Positions 18,566-30,400 of a DNA stretch of 64,000 bases are shown piece after piece. The notes beneath the pieces are model-generated. The model made no database searches, was not told where the DNA came from, and saw only the letters and a program-made list of their open reading frames with translations. This stretch comes from an uncultured Gammaproteobacteria bacterium (GTDB taxonomy: Bacteria; Patescibacteriota; Patescibacteriia; UBA9934). Position numbers and translations under genes: made by a program. Within the stretch, counting starts at the first letter, position 1. Each line of letters begins with the position of its first letter. The stretch is from NCBI GenBank assembly GCA_964569575.1, contig CAZMTL010000001.1:67503-131502 (forward strand), in the 5' to 3' direction.

Positions 18566-18620
18566 TCGCGTTTATAGGTCGCATAGGGCCTATAGGACTT
18601 ATTGGACCTATGGAGGGCAG
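18566..18620. repeat. 'TATAGG' palindromic element, copy 2 (intergenic, abuts hpf stop)
   Basis: tttataggtcgcatagggcctataggacttattggacctatgg aligns with 12964-13016. Confidence 0.5.
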
Positions 18621-18632
18621 AGGGCAATGGGA

Positions 18633-18995
18633 CTATTCGGTCCATTCGGTTTCTTCTATTTCGGTTTCCATTACAACTCGGTCGGCGTCTTGGAGTTTCT
18701 CTTTGTAGTCCTTCACCTGTCGGCGTAGTTCGGCGACAGCAGCGTCGATGGCGGCGTAGAGGTCTTCTTTTGTTGCTTCGGCTCGCATTGCAGCGCCAGG
18801 GATGGTCATGTGGAGTTCGGCCATGAATACTTCACCCTTATTTTGATGCATCGCGTCGCGTCCCAATTCCACGCGCACGTCGCAGGGATCAAATTTTGCC
18901 GTTAACTTTGCCACGACTTCTAGTTTTTCTGTTGCGTAATTCTTGATCGCATCGGTCATGTCCATGTTTTTTGCCTTGATTTCTGTAATTCGCAT
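18633..18995 (-). CDS. hpf: ribosome hibernation-promoting factor (HPF/RaiA family)
   Basis: 120-aa sigma-54 modulation protein fold: ..TDAIKNYATEKLEVVAKL.., ..AELHMTIPG.. Confidence 0.88.
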   Translation of the reverse strand: MRITEIKAKNMDMTDAIKNYATEKLEVVAKLTAKFDPCDVRVELGRDAMHQNKGEVFMAELHMTIPGAAMRAEATKEDLYAAIDAAVAELRRQVKDYKEKLQDADRVVMETEIEETEWTE

Positions 18996-19033
18996 ATAAA
19001 AATGTTTATGAGTTACCTCTTTATTTTACTCCG

Positions 19034-20047
19034 CTACCACTCAAGGCGCAAACCTTCTAACAACTCTTTGCTTTTTGGCGCAATCGCGCGGTCGCTTAAT
19101 TTTAGTTGATTTTCCATTCCGACTGAATGCGATAATGCATTAATGGTACGCGTGTAGTTTACGGCATTGAGCAATCGATTCCATGCCTCACCTTTTACCG
19201 TTTCTCCGTTCAGTAATTTTTCCATATCCCGTCGAGCATCTCGAAATCCGTTTTTGCGTTCGAGCGGATCGATCAGTGCATAATTCCACTCCCCTTCTTT
19301 TGGATAGAATGACACGTTATCAGAACCAGCGAGGTCGATAATCTCTCCGTAGCGCTTCGTGTACTCAACTGCCCGATTTATAAAGTCTACAAGCGCTACT
19401 TGCATTGATTCATCTTCTTGATTTCCCTCTACCCAATTCAAAGGTTTGAACGAAGGATGTTCGAGAGGTTTTTCTAATCTGCCTTCACCGTCCAGCAACG
19501 CGGCATTGAGCGCTGTGTATATTTCCGGACTCAACTTTCTGTCATCTTCCGCGTATCGAAAATTGAGCGAACGCCCACTGCTTCTTGCTTGTTGCGGCAT
19601 CTTTTCTTGAATTCTTACCAGAGCCCACGTTTTCACTGGTGTCTCCAGCATTAACCTTGCAACACGATCACTGACTGCGTGATCAATTAGATCTCGATTT
19701 ACTGGTAATGGCAGAAAATAGCTTCGTTGCTTTAATACATGATGTCCAAATACTGAACGTAACTTATCGAATCGTTCACGCTCCTCCTTTAGCGTGCGGT
19801 CAATCACTTCTTTTGGCGGTTTTGTGTCCGTCGGGAAATTGCGCTGCAGGTTGTACTTCAATATTCTCGCCAGCAATTCTTTATCGACTTTTCCGACTAC
19901 GCTTTCATGTTCTGGAAATTCAAATACTAGTTGATGCGAGCCGGCACTTAAAAATCTTGGCTTGTATTTTTTTATTACTTCTTCCTGCTCCAGGTTCTCC
20001 AGCCCTTCATTCATGCGCTCTTCGAAATGTCTTCTTCCTCCTTCCAT
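19034..20047 (-). CDS. hypothetical protein (337 aa), weak protein-kinase-like catalytic motifs
   Basis: DLAGSDNV (HxDxxxxN-like) followed by ALIDPLE (DFG-position-like); cytoplasmic; 5 nt from murB. Confidence 0.6.
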   Translation of the reverse strand: MEGGRRHFEERMNEGLENLEQEEVIKKYKPRFLSAGSHQLVFEFPEHESVVGKVDKELLARILKYNLQRNFPTDTKPPKEVIDRTLKEERERFDKLRSVFGHHVLKQRSYFLPLPVNRDLIDHAVSDRVARLMLETPVKTWALVRIQEKMPQQARSSGRSLNFRYAEDDRKLSPEIYTALNAALLDGEGRLEKPLEHPSFKPLNWVEGNQEDESMQVALVDFINRAVEYTKRYGEIIDLAGSDNVSFYPKEGEWNYALIDPLERKNGFRDARRDMEKLLNGETVKGEAWNRLLNAVNYTRTINALSHSVGMENQLKLSDRAIAPKSKELLEGLRLEW

Positions 20048-20052
20048 AGATG

Positions 20053-21021
20053 TTATTCAAATCCCAAATACTTCACCTCTTCGTGTAGCTGGATGCCGAA
20101 TTCGTTTCGGGCGCGGGTTTTTACGAGGGAGATGAGTTGGGTGACTTGGTCTGCGGTTGCGGCGCCTAGGTTGATGATGAAATTGCCGTGTTCTTCGCTA
20201 ATCATCGCGTCGCCGATTTGCGTTCCTTTTAGACCAAGGCGGTCAACTACCCAGCCGGCAGAAATTCGGCGGGCATCGAGCATGGCGTCGGGAATAACAT
20301 CTAGATCGCGCAGCTGATCGAGCTTTTCGTCGGATTCGATTTCGTAGTTTTTGAACACGCAGCCGGCTGATCCTTTATGGAGCGGCTGTGAAGATTTTCG
20401 TTTTGCTAAGTTTTGATCGAGTTCTGCTTTGAGTGTTTCGACGTCACCGCTAGGTAGTTCGAAATACACACGTAGAACGACATCGTTTGATTCTTTCAAA
20501 ATGGATTCGCGGTAGCCCATATGTAAATCATCTCTCACCACATCCACTACTTCACCATCGCGAAGCACTTCAATGCGAGTCAGATAATCTTTCGTTTCTC
20601 CTCCAAAGCATCCTGCATTCCCGCGCACCGCGCCGCCGATGGTTCCGGGAAGCGAAATTGCCCAGGTGAATCCAGCCAGTCCCGCATTTGCCGAAGCTCG
20701 GGCGAGAGACGCAGAGATAACACCCGCGTCGGCCGTCATTACATTCCCTTCAATAATAAACTCGCGCATCGCCATTTTTAAAATCAAGCCGTCAAATCCA
20801 GCGTCAGCCGCAAGTGTGTTGGACCCCCCACCAAGAACGAAGTAGTTGATGTGGTTGTTTTTACAAATCTCGATTGCTTTTTCCAATTCTTCCACGCTCT
20901 TCACTTCGGCAAACCATTTCGCCGGACCACCAATACGAAAGTTGAGATGCTTTGCGAGCGGTTCGCCTTCCTTCAGCCGGGCTCCGAAGATGTTTTTTAG
21001 TTGGTCGGTGATATTTTGCAT
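20053..21021 (-). CDS. murB: UDP-N-acetylenolpyruvoylglucosamine reductase MurB
   Basis: FAD-binding VLGGGSNTL motif and MurB C-terminal domain; start set at MQNITDQ. Confidence 0.9.
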   Translation of the reverse strand: MQNITDQLKNIFGARLKEGEPLAKHLNFRIGGPAKWFAEVKSVEELEKAIEICKNNHINYFVLGGGSNTLAADAGFDGLILKMAMREFIIEGNVMTADAGVISASLARASANAGLAGFTWAISLPGTIGGAVRGNAGCFGGETKDYLTRIEVLRDGEVVDVVRDDLHMGYRESILKESNDVVLRVYFELPSGDVETLKAELDQNLAKRKSSQPLHKGSAGCVFKNYEIESDEKLDQLRDLDVIPDAMLDARRISAGWVVDRLGLKGTQIGDAMISEEHGNFIINLGAATADQVTQLISLVKTRARNEFGIQLHEEVKYLGFE

Positions 21022-21090
21022 ATAATATTTTTTCTTCAAATCTATTTGTCATTCTTGCTCCTTGTACAGAAGGGGGTCGAGCTAGAATTT

Positions 21091-22362
21091 CTAACCAACT
21101 AATTCCCTCGCCACGCCGTCGATTGAACCGGCGCCCATGAAGACAATAATGTCGTTTGATTGGGTGAGCTGTTCTAGCAGGTTTTTTACTTCAGTGTGAT
21201 TTGCGGCGTACTGCACTTCTTTAATCGTCTTACGCATTTTTACTGATTCAGCCATGTCTTTGGATGACTCGAATTTTTCTTCGGTGCGACCTTCTACTTC
21301 GTAGATTTCTGCAAGAACGAGGACGTCGGCGGCATCGAAGGATTTTGTGAATTCTTCGAACAGCTCGTGTGTGCGTGAATGTTGGTGAGGTTCGAAGATC
21401 ACTACCAGTCGGCGATCAGGATATTGGTATTTGAAGCCTTCGATGGATCCGATTACCGCCGTTGGGTGGTGCGCGTAGTCGCTAAAGATGTCCGCTTCTT
21501 TCCACGTACCAACGTGTTCAAATCGGCGCCAGGTTCCCTTGAACGATTCGAGCGCGGTTTTGATTACTGAGTCTTCAATGCCAATTGTACGCCCAACCAT
21601 TTCTGCGGCTGCGGCGTTTAGTCGGTTGAATGCTCCTGGGATCGATAAGTTGATGTCGGTTTTTAGCTCACCAAAATACACGCCGTTTGTGGCTTTGATT
21701 TTTTGAGATTCTTTGTCTTTTCCATTTAATACAACCGTCTCGACAGAATCCACCCATGTTTGAAATGTGTCGCGGATGTGGTCGATGTCGCGGTAGAAAT
21801 CGAGGTGGTCTTCTTCGATGTTGGTAATGACCGCGATGGTTGGCTGAATGTGCAGCATGTTTGCCATGTGCTCGCAGGCTTCTACCACAAACCACTCACC
21901 GTTTCCGACGCGCAGATTCTTCTGTTCCCATCCTGGAACCATCGTTCCTAAAATAACGGTTGGGTCGAGGCCGGCTTCGATCAGCACGGAAGCGATCATT
22001 GCTGTTGTTGTACTCTTTCCGTTCGTTCCGCTGATTGCAATCGTCTTTTTTGTCTTTGCGAGTTCGCCTAAAAATTCAGGGTACGACCATTGCGTAATGC
22101 CGTGTTCTTTTGCATGCCGTCGTTCGATGTTCGATTCTGCGATCGCTGCTGAATAAATCACCAGATCACAGCCTTCTGGGACGGTGTTTTCGGGACTGTT
22201 GATCGCAACAGCAGCTCCTTGATCTGCAACATCTTGCGTAATCTTCGATGCCGTTTTGTCTGAACCTGTTACGCTCGCCCCTTGCGCCAACCACCATTTT
22301 GCGGCAGCCGACACACCGATTCCTCCGATTCCAATGAAATGCACTTGTTTTGCTTGAATCAT
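21091..22362 (-). CDS. murC: UDP-N-acetylmuramate--L-alanine ligase MurC
   Basis: Rossmann N-terminus IGIGGIG, P-loop GTNGKSTTT, Mur ligase middle/C domains; start at MIQAKQVHF. Confidence 0.9.
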   Translation of the reverse strand: MIQAKQVHFIGIGGIGVSAAAKWWLAQGASVTGSDKTASKITQDVADQGAAVAINSPENTVPEGCDLVIYSAAIAESNIERRHAKEHGITQWSYPEFLGELAKTKKTIAISGTNGKSTTTAMIASVLIEAGLDPTVILGTMVPGWEQKNLRVGNGEWFVVEACEHMANMLHIQPTIAVITNIEEDHLDFYRDIDHIRDTFQTWVDSVETVVLNGKDKESQKIKATNGVYFGELKTDINLSIPGAFNRLNAAAAEMVGRTIGIEDSVIKTALESFKGTWRRFEHVGTWKEADIFSDYAHHPTAVIGSIEGFKYQYPDRRLVVIFEPHQHSRTHELFEEFTKSFDAADVLVLAEIYEVEGRTEEKFESSKDMAESVKMRKTIKEVQYAANHTEVKNLLEQLTQSNDIIVFMGAGSIDGVARELVG

Positions 22363-22535
22363 ACCTTTGCATGTTAGCAGATTTTGACCGTTTTTGGCAT
22401 GCACCGTACAATGTTGAGCAATATGTTGTAATTTTATCTATCCTAGACCTTCAGACGCACTCGAGGCGAGAGATTGCCGCCCTTCGCTCGCAATGACCGA
22501 GTTGAGATGCAGCGAAATCGTCTTTCGCCGCGCAA

Positions 22536-22625
22536 CCACCCCTAGCCCCTCCTTGAAAAGGAGGGGAAGCACTGCGAGAATCGATGGATCCCGGATCGGG
22601 TCCGGGATGACGAGAATTCGAGTGC
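22536..22625. repeat. MITE-like composite hairpin repeat, copy 4 (reverse orientation)
   Basis: revcomp = ctcgtcatcccggacccgatccgggatccatcgattctcgcagtgcttcccctccttttcaaggaggggctaggggtgg; creates shadow ORF 22438..22647. Confidence 0.6.
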
Positions 22626-22691
22626 GGGACAACTCGAGTTCGAACAACCTCAGAACTCCAACCCTACTCCCTAACCCCTACTCCCTCCCCT

Positions 22692-23939
22692 ATGATTTTA
22701 CACACTCAAGACCCTGCGATTGCTCGATCGCTTCAGAAAGAATTACAACGACAACGTGAAGGACTCGAAATGATTCCTTCTGAAAATTTTGTGTCGCCGG
22801 CAGTGCTCGAGGCACTTGGTTCAGTTGCTACAAACAAGTACGCAGAAGGATATCCTGGAAAACGCTACTATGGCGGATGTGAATTTATCGATGAAATTGA
22901 ACAGCTGGCGATCGACCGCGCGAAGGAATTATTTGGCGCCGAACATGTAAACGTTCAGCCTCATTCTGGAGCACCGGCCAACATTGCTGTGTATGCGGCG
23001 CTGTTGAAGCCGGGTGACACGGTTCTTGGTATGGATTTGTCGCACGGTGGTCACTTAACGCACGGGCATCCAGTGACTGAATCGGCGAAGATGTATAACT
23101 TTATTCGGTATAAAACAAATGCTGAAGGCTTGCTTGATTTGGAAAATTTGCGCGCGATGGCGATTGAACATAAACCGAAGATGATTTTGGTTGGCTACTC
23201 TGCTTATTCGCGCGAGATTGATTTTGCGCGTGTGAAAGAAATTGCCGACGAAGTGGGTGCGATCACCATGGCAGATATTGCACACATTGCTGGATTGATT
23301 GCGGCTGGTGAAATGAATAATCCTGTTCCGTTATTTGACGTCGTAACTACAACAACGCATAAAACATTGCGCGGACCGCGTGGTGGAATGATTATGTGCA
23401 AAGCCGTCCACGCGAAAGCGATCGATAAAGCGGTGTTCCCTGGGTTGCAAGGTGGTCCACACGAAAACGGTATTACGGCAAAGGCGGTGGCGTTTAAAGA
23501 AGCGCTCGACCCGTCGTTTAAAGAATATGCTCGTCAAACTAAGGCAAACGCCAAGGTACTCGAGCGCGTGTTGCGCGATACGGGATTCACCCTTGTGTTT
23601 GGTGGGACCGATAATCACCTTTTATTGATAGACGTTACAAGCAAGGGCGTGACCGGAAAAGAAGCCGAGGAGGCGCTCGACAAAGCAGGCATTACCGTAA
23701 ACAAAAACATGATACCCGACGACACACGTTCGCCGTTTGATCCTTCGGGCATTCGACTTGGAACACCAGCACTTACCACTCGTGGAATGAAAGAAGTAGA
23801 AATGGAACAGATTGGCGCATGGATCGCGGAGGCGATCGTGAGTCACAAGGATGAAGGGGCGCTTGCGCGGATTCGGGAAGAGGTGAAAAAGATGACGGCA
23901 GAGTTTCCGCTTTATGGCGGGGTTTCGTACGCCGAATAG
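22692..23939 (+). CDS. glyA: serine hydroxymethyltransferase
   Basis: Full-length SHMT: ..[11 protein letters not shown].., PLP-lysine region [14 protein letters not shown]. Confidence 0.95.
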   Translation: MILHTQDPAIARSLQKELQRQREGLEMIPSENFVSPAVLEALGSVATNKYAEGYPGKRYYGGCEFIDEIEQLAIDRAKELFGAEHVNVQPHSGAPANIAVYAALLKPGDTVLGMDLSHGGHLTHGHPVTESAKMYNFIRYKTNAEGLLDLENLRAMAIEHKPKMILVGYSAYSREIDFARVKEIADEVGAITMADIAHIAGLIAAGEMNNPVPLFDVVTTTTHKTLRGPRGGMIMCKAVHAKAIDKAVFPGLQGGPHENGITAKAVAFKEALDPSFKEYARQTKANAKVLERVLRDTGFTLVFGGTDNHLLLIDVTSKGVTGKEAEEALDKAGITVNKNMIPDDTRSPFDPSGIRLGTPALTTRGMKEVEMEQIGAWIAEAIVSHKDEGALARIREEVKKMTAEFPLYGGVSYAE

Positions 23940-24330
23940 TTAGAATTAATATTCGTGTGATTTCGAGGCGGCGTTGCCGCTTCGATTTTGTTACAGCGAG
24001 ACTTTGTCACAGCGCCTGGGAGTTTCACCCCCAGACCCCGACCCCCTTTTCTTTGCTAGCTCAAAGTAAAGGGGGGAAAAGAAAGAGCCTTTCCTGGCTC
24101 GGCGGCACGAACATTTATTTTTAGATTATGGAAAGTGACCGATCGCAGTTCTTTTCGCTACACCGGTCCTACGGGGGTCAGGCCCCCTCCAGCCGGTCTG
24201 AAAGAACTGCTCGTCCTTCGCTGATTTTGTTACAGTGATTTAGTTACACGTTTTCTTTGTCGCAGCGTGTTGAGCTCCGCTGGCGTTCGGCTTCGCCTCT
24301 CTTCGTGTTAGGGCATGACTGCACCTCGTC

Positions 24331-24435
24331 CTCGTCATCCCGGACTTGATCCGGGATCCATCGATTCTCGCATGCGCTTCCCCTCCTTCTCGGATCCGCA
24401 AGGAGGGGTGGTTTCGCGCGGATCGAATGCGAACA
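24331..24435. repeat. MITE-like composite hairpin repeat, copy 3
   Basis: ctcgtcatcccggacttgatccgggatccatcgattctcgcatgcgcttcccctccttctcggatccgcaaggaggggtggtttcgcgcggatcgaatgcgaac. Confidence 0.6.
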
Positions 24436-24482
24436 TTTGATCGTTCACCACAAAAGTCATCACAGATTGTGATGACTTTTGT

Positions 24483-27400
24483 TTATTGACCGGCTGAGGT
24501 GAATGGTGCGCTGGTTTTGTAGAGTTGGAGGAGGGTTGGTGGTAAATCTATTACTCGATCGCTCCAGTTTTGTCCGAAGAGGATTGCGGCGGTTTGTTCG
24601 TTTGGAATAGCTCGGATGTAGTTGATGCCTTGCGACAGGATTGGTGCGTAGACGGTTGGGTCGCTTTGGATTTTTACAAGAGAGTTTGCCGGGTTTGGAA
24701 GCACCGGATCGCCCAGCCTGTAGAACGGCAACGTCGCGTCACTCACTACCAATACGTCATCAAAGTCTTGATGCCACGTGAAGTAGATCGCTTGGTTCAT
24801 GAATGGTTTTCGCGTTCCGTTTTCGAGGGCGTAGACCGTTGAGTACGTCGTTCCTTTTACCAATAGCGCGTTGTCTGGAACGCATGTTACTTGTTCTAGT
24901 TCACCGGTTTGCGGCGAAGGAGCAAAGACTTCTTCGGTACAGGCGTCAGGAACAGGTTCGGTTGGTTCGACTGGTTCTTGCGGTTCTTCTACATTTTCGC
25001 AGTCAATCAAAATGTCGGATACGTCTACCGAAGTCGTGAGGGTGTTTGTCGAATTTCCACCCGCCGTTCGCAAGCGTAAGTAGAATGTTTCTACTTCCTG
25101 ATCTGCGACAAATTCAATCGGAGCAATCATGATTTGTTTTTCTGCTGTGCTAACGGTTTCGTCAATCACATACGCCTGCCATTGTGCGCCGACAAAGTAG
25201 GCGTTATCGCTCACCACTACTTGCGCCGCGTTCTTTGCTTGGATGTAGATGTTTGCTTGCGCGACTTCACCGCGACACAGTTGAGGTTCACTCACTTGAA
25301 CATCGATATTTACATTTTCGACCACGATAATCGGCCCCGAATCTCCACCGCCACCTCCGCCGCCGCTTGGCGTGTCGTTGTCGGTGTTCGACAGCGTGAC
25401 ATCGTTTGGATCGATTACGTCGTACAAAGCGTCGGATGTTAACCCGGCATTTATCACTACTTCGATTGTGTACACAACATCCCCGTCTACCGTTCCGTCA
25501 TCTTGTCCGGTAACTGTCACCGTTTGCGGAGTACTCCAGTTAAGTGGAGTGAATGTAAGCGTCGCTCCGCCTGTTACCAATCCTTCTGTTGCGTCGTCGG
25601 ATGCGGAGTTGATTACAACGTCACCCGTTGGTTCGGTGTCGAGCACAACGGTGAATGTTGTGATGCCACCGGCTTCGGTTGTGTTTCCTGATACTGCCGA
25701 AACAGTTACGCCTGCTGTGTCGTTGTCGATATTTTGTAACGACACTTCTTCGCTTGCGACTACGTCATAAACGGTGTCGAGTGTCGCGCCTGCGTTTACC
25801 GAAACATCAATCGCATATGCACTATCGCCGTCGTCGATGTCGTCGTTCTGACCTGTTACCGTGACTGTTTGCGGTTGATTCCAGTTGAGTGCGTCGAAGT
25901 TAAGGGTCGCGCCAGATGTCACCACTCCTTCCGAACTGTCGTTGCTCACATTTTCTATCGTGACACTGGCCGTAGGTTCGGTCTGCAATTGAACCGTGTA
26001 CGTTGCCGTGATTCCGGCCTCGGTCGTGTTATTTGAAATTGCGGAGACAATCAATCCTGCCGTGTCGTCGTCTTCATTCGTAACAGCAACCTGCTGATCT
26101 GGCAAAGCTTCGTATTCGAGGTCGTCGGATGTTGCATCGTCTACCGAAACGGTGACCGTGTACGCGACATCGCCGTCGTCTACGTCATCATCTTGTCCGG
26201 TGACGGTGACGGTTTGTGGCGTATCCCAATTGATCGACGTGAACGTAAGCGTCGCTCCGTCAGTAACTGTCCCTTCTGCGCTGTCCGATGCTGAATTAAT
26301 TACAACGTCACCAGTTGGTTCGGTTGTAAGGACGATTGTAAATGTGGCCGTAGCGCCCGCTTCGGTGGTGTTGTTCGAGATCGGTGACGTGACGAATGAT
26401 GACGAATCATTGTCTACGTTCGAAAGCGCTACGTCGGACGGGTCAATCGCGTCGTAAAGTGGGTCGAGTGTTTCTACCGTATCTGTAGTGATTAAAATAG
26501 TGTATGCAACCAGTCCGTCTGCGAGCGCATCGTCTTGTCCTGTCACGGTCACAGTTTGTGGCGTATTCCAGTTTCCTGCGTTGAATGTAAGCGTTGATCC
26601 GCTTGTCACGACTCCTTCCGATGCATTGCTCGAAACAGAATCGATCACCACATCTCCCGTTGGTTCGCTGTTGAGTCGAATGGTGAACGTTGCTGTTCCG
26701 CCATCTTCCGTGGTGTTCCCGGAGGCAGCGGAGACGGTAAACCCAACCGTGTCGTTGTCGGTGTTTTGGGCGTTTACTTGTTGCGCGGGAAGAATATCGT
26801 AGAGCGCATCTTGCGTGTCGGGTGCGTCGACTTCGACGTCTATCACATACGCCACGTTTCCGTCGTCGATGTCATCGTTTTGTCCGGTCACAATTACTGT
26901 TTGCGGGTCATTCCAATCAGCCGGAGTGAAGGTAAGCATCACGCCGGTCGTCACGACTCCTTCGGACATATCGCCGCTCACCGAATTGATCACCACATCC
27001 CCTGTCGGCTCGCTGTCGAGCACAACGGTGAATGCCGCTACTCCACCGGCTTCCGTCGTGTTGCTCGAAATAGCCGAAAGGGTGAACCCGGCTGTGTCGT
27101 CGTCTTCGTTTGTTCCTTCGACCTGTTCGTCAATCGCGCCAATGTATTCAATCGCGTCTGTGAGCGCTTCGTTTATAGTGACGTCGATTGTGTAGTCGAT
27201 ATTTCCGTCATCCACGTCGTCATCCACTCCCGCGATCGTGACGGTTTGTGGCGTGCTCCAGTTTGAAGCATCGAACACACGACTCGCGCCCGATACAATG
27301 ATTGCTTCGGTCGTGTCACTCGAAATTGAATTAATGACCACGTCACCGGTTGGCTCACTTTCCAAAACAACAGTAAATGTTGCCGTTGTTCCCGCTTCGG

Positions 27401-30400
27401 TTGTGTTGTTAGAAATGGCCGAAACGCCAAAGCCAGCGGCGTCACCATCGTCTTCGTTTACAACTTCTACTTGCTGATTTGGTACGTTGCCGTATCCAGT
27501 TGCCGTTGTCAGTAGATCGTCAACCTCTACTTCGATTGTATAGTTCACGTTACCGTCATCTATTGTATCGTTCACTCCCGTCACAGTGACCGTTTGCGGA
27601 ACCGTCCAGTTTTGATCGTCGAATGTGAGCGTTCCACCGCTAGTTACCAATCCTTCTGTCGAATCGTTCGATATTGAATCAATCACCACGTCCCCTTCCG
27701 GTTCGCTGTCGAGCACAACGGTAAATGTAGCCGTTGCGCCAGCTTCGGTGGTGTTGTTCGAGATGGCAGAAACGGTGACTCCGAGTGTATCGCCGTCGTC
27801 TTCGTTTACAACCGTTACATCGTCTGGATCAATGACTGCGTATTCAACATCGGTTGTATCGTTTTGATCGAGTGTGACAATGATCACGTACTGCACGTCT
27901 TCGTCATCGAGAAAGTCGTCTTGACCTGTTACCGTTACCGTTTGTGGCGTATCCCAGTTACCTGAATTGAATGTAAGCACCGATCCGCCCGTGACGATTC
28001 CTTCTGTTTCGTCGTCGGATTCCGAATTTACCACTACCACTCCGACCGGCTCACTTTGAAGCACAACCGTGAACGTGGCTGTTGCTCCGGCTTCGGTGGT
28101 GTTGTTCGAGATGGCGGAAACCGTAATTCCACCGGCGTCGTTGTCGATGTTTGTGACCACTGCGTCGTCTGGATTAATCGCGTCGTAAAGCGCGTCGTTG
28201 GTCGCGTCTTGGTCCGTGGTCATGATGATGGAATATTCAATATCACCATCCGCAATATCGTCATCTTGTCCGGTGACGGTTGTAAATTGCGGCGTGTTCC
28301 AGTTTTCGGTGGTGAATGTGAGTGTTGCGCCGGCTGTCACAACTCCCTCTGTTGCGTCGTTCGATGCTGCTTCGATCACCACGTTTCCAGTTGGCTCGGT
28401 GTTTAGTACAACCGAAATTGTTGCCGTTCCACCCGACTCTGTTGTGGTACCCGAAACTGCCGAAACACTTACGCCCGCCGTATCATTGTCGATATTTGTT
28501 ACCGCAACATCGTCTGGATTAATCGCATCGTAATTGTCGTCTTCCGTGAGAGCTGCGTCGACAGTGGTGGTGATGGAATAAAGAATGTCTCCGTCGTCCA
28601 AGTTGTCGTTCTGCCCAGTGACTGTTATGGTTTGAGCGATGTTCCACGTTCCTGTTTCAAATGTAAGCACCGATCCACTTGTCACAACTCCTTCTGTCGA
28701 GTCGCCCGAAACCGAATTGATCACAACCGTGTCCGTTGGCTGTGATGTAAGATTTACGGTAAACGTCGCCGTCGCTCCGGCTTCGGTAGTGTTATTCGAA
28801 ATTGCTGAAACATTTACACCAACCGCATCGCCGTCGTCGATGTTTTGCAATGATCGATCGAGCGGATTCGCATTGTCGTAATTGTTGTCGGTGGTCGCTG
28901 CCGTGTCCATCGAAGTCACAATCGAATAAGCAATGTCTCCGTCCGCGATGTCGTCGTCTTGTCCCGTAACTGTGACTGTTTGTGGCGTATCCCAGTTTGA
29001 TGAATCGAAGAGAAGACTTGCGCCGCTTGTCACAACTCCTTCCGTTGCGTCATTCGATGCAGAAAGTACAACAACATCTCCTACCGGTTCTGTTGTAAGC
29101 ACGACAGTGAACGTGGCCGTTCCTCCGGCTTCGGTCGTATCTCCTGATATAGCAGAAACCGTCACACCGCGCGTGTCGTTGTCGGTGTTTTGTGCATTCA
29201 CTGTTTGATCGGCCAACACGTCATAATCACCATCGTCTGTTAATGCGTCGTCGATCGAAACTTGAATCGTGTACGCGATATTTCCATCGTCGATATCGTC
29301 GTCTTGACCTGTTACTGTCACCGTTTGCGGCACATTCCATTCACTCGGAATGAACGTAAGCGTGCCTCCGCCAGTTACTACTCCTTCTGTTGCATCGTTA
29401 GAAACTGAATTGATTACTACATCACCTATCGGTTCGGATGTTAGTTCTACCGTAAATGTAGCCGTCCCTCCGGCTTCGGTTGTGTTATTCGAAATAAGCG
29501 ATACGCTAAATCCTGGCGCGTCGCCGTCGTCTTCGTTTGTGACCGAAACGTCGTTTGGATTTACCGAATCGTATCCGTTGTCGGTTGTTGCTACCGTGTC
29601 TGTTGCGACAACAATTGTGTAGGCAACGTTTCCGTCTCCAAGTCCGTCATCTTGTCCGGTAACCGTGACTGTTTGTGGCGTGTCCCACGTTGCAGAATTG
29701 AATGTCAGACTCGCTCCGCTTGTCACAACTCCTTCTGTTGTGTCGTTTGATGCGGAGGTGATCACCACATCGCCCTCAGGTTCAGAATTGAGTACGACGG
29801 TGAATGTTGCTGTTCCACCTGCTTCGGTAGTGTTTCCGGAGATTGCCGAAACCGTCACACCACGCGTGTCGTTGTCTTGGACGGTGACAGAAACGTCATC
29901 GATTTCGATTCCGTTGTAGTTTGGATCATCTGAAGTGACTGTATGCTCGATAACTACTATCTCATTCGTTTCATCAATATCATCATTCACCGCACTCACC
30001 GTCACTGTTTGTGGTGTATTCCAGTTTAGATCCGTGAAGGTGACAGGATCGATGTCGGTGGTAATTTCGCCAGAATAAGAAAGATCAACCACTACATCGT
30101 CGGTCGGCTGCATGGTCAGCACCAGCGTGTACGAATCCGTCGTACCGTTTTCGTGCACCTGCGTGTTTATGCCCGAAATCGTGACCACTACATCCACAAT
30201 GTCGTTGTCGATGTTGGTAATAGTGACATCGTCCGGATCGGTTGCGTCGTACAGCGGATCGACTGTCGCGCCTTGGTTGATCGACACCACAACATCATAA
30301 AGAACATCTCCATCGATTAGTGCGTCGTCCTGACCAGTCACCGTTACCGTTTGTGGAATATTCCAGTTTTCGGTCGTGAAGGTGCGTGTTGCTCCTGCAG

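Noticed and set aside
22438-22647. 69-aa minus-strand ORF in the murC-glyA intergenic region
   Set aside because: It is the conceptual translation of repeat copy 4 (..[15 protein letters not shown]..). It has no RBS and its sequence is shared with other non-coding repeat copies.
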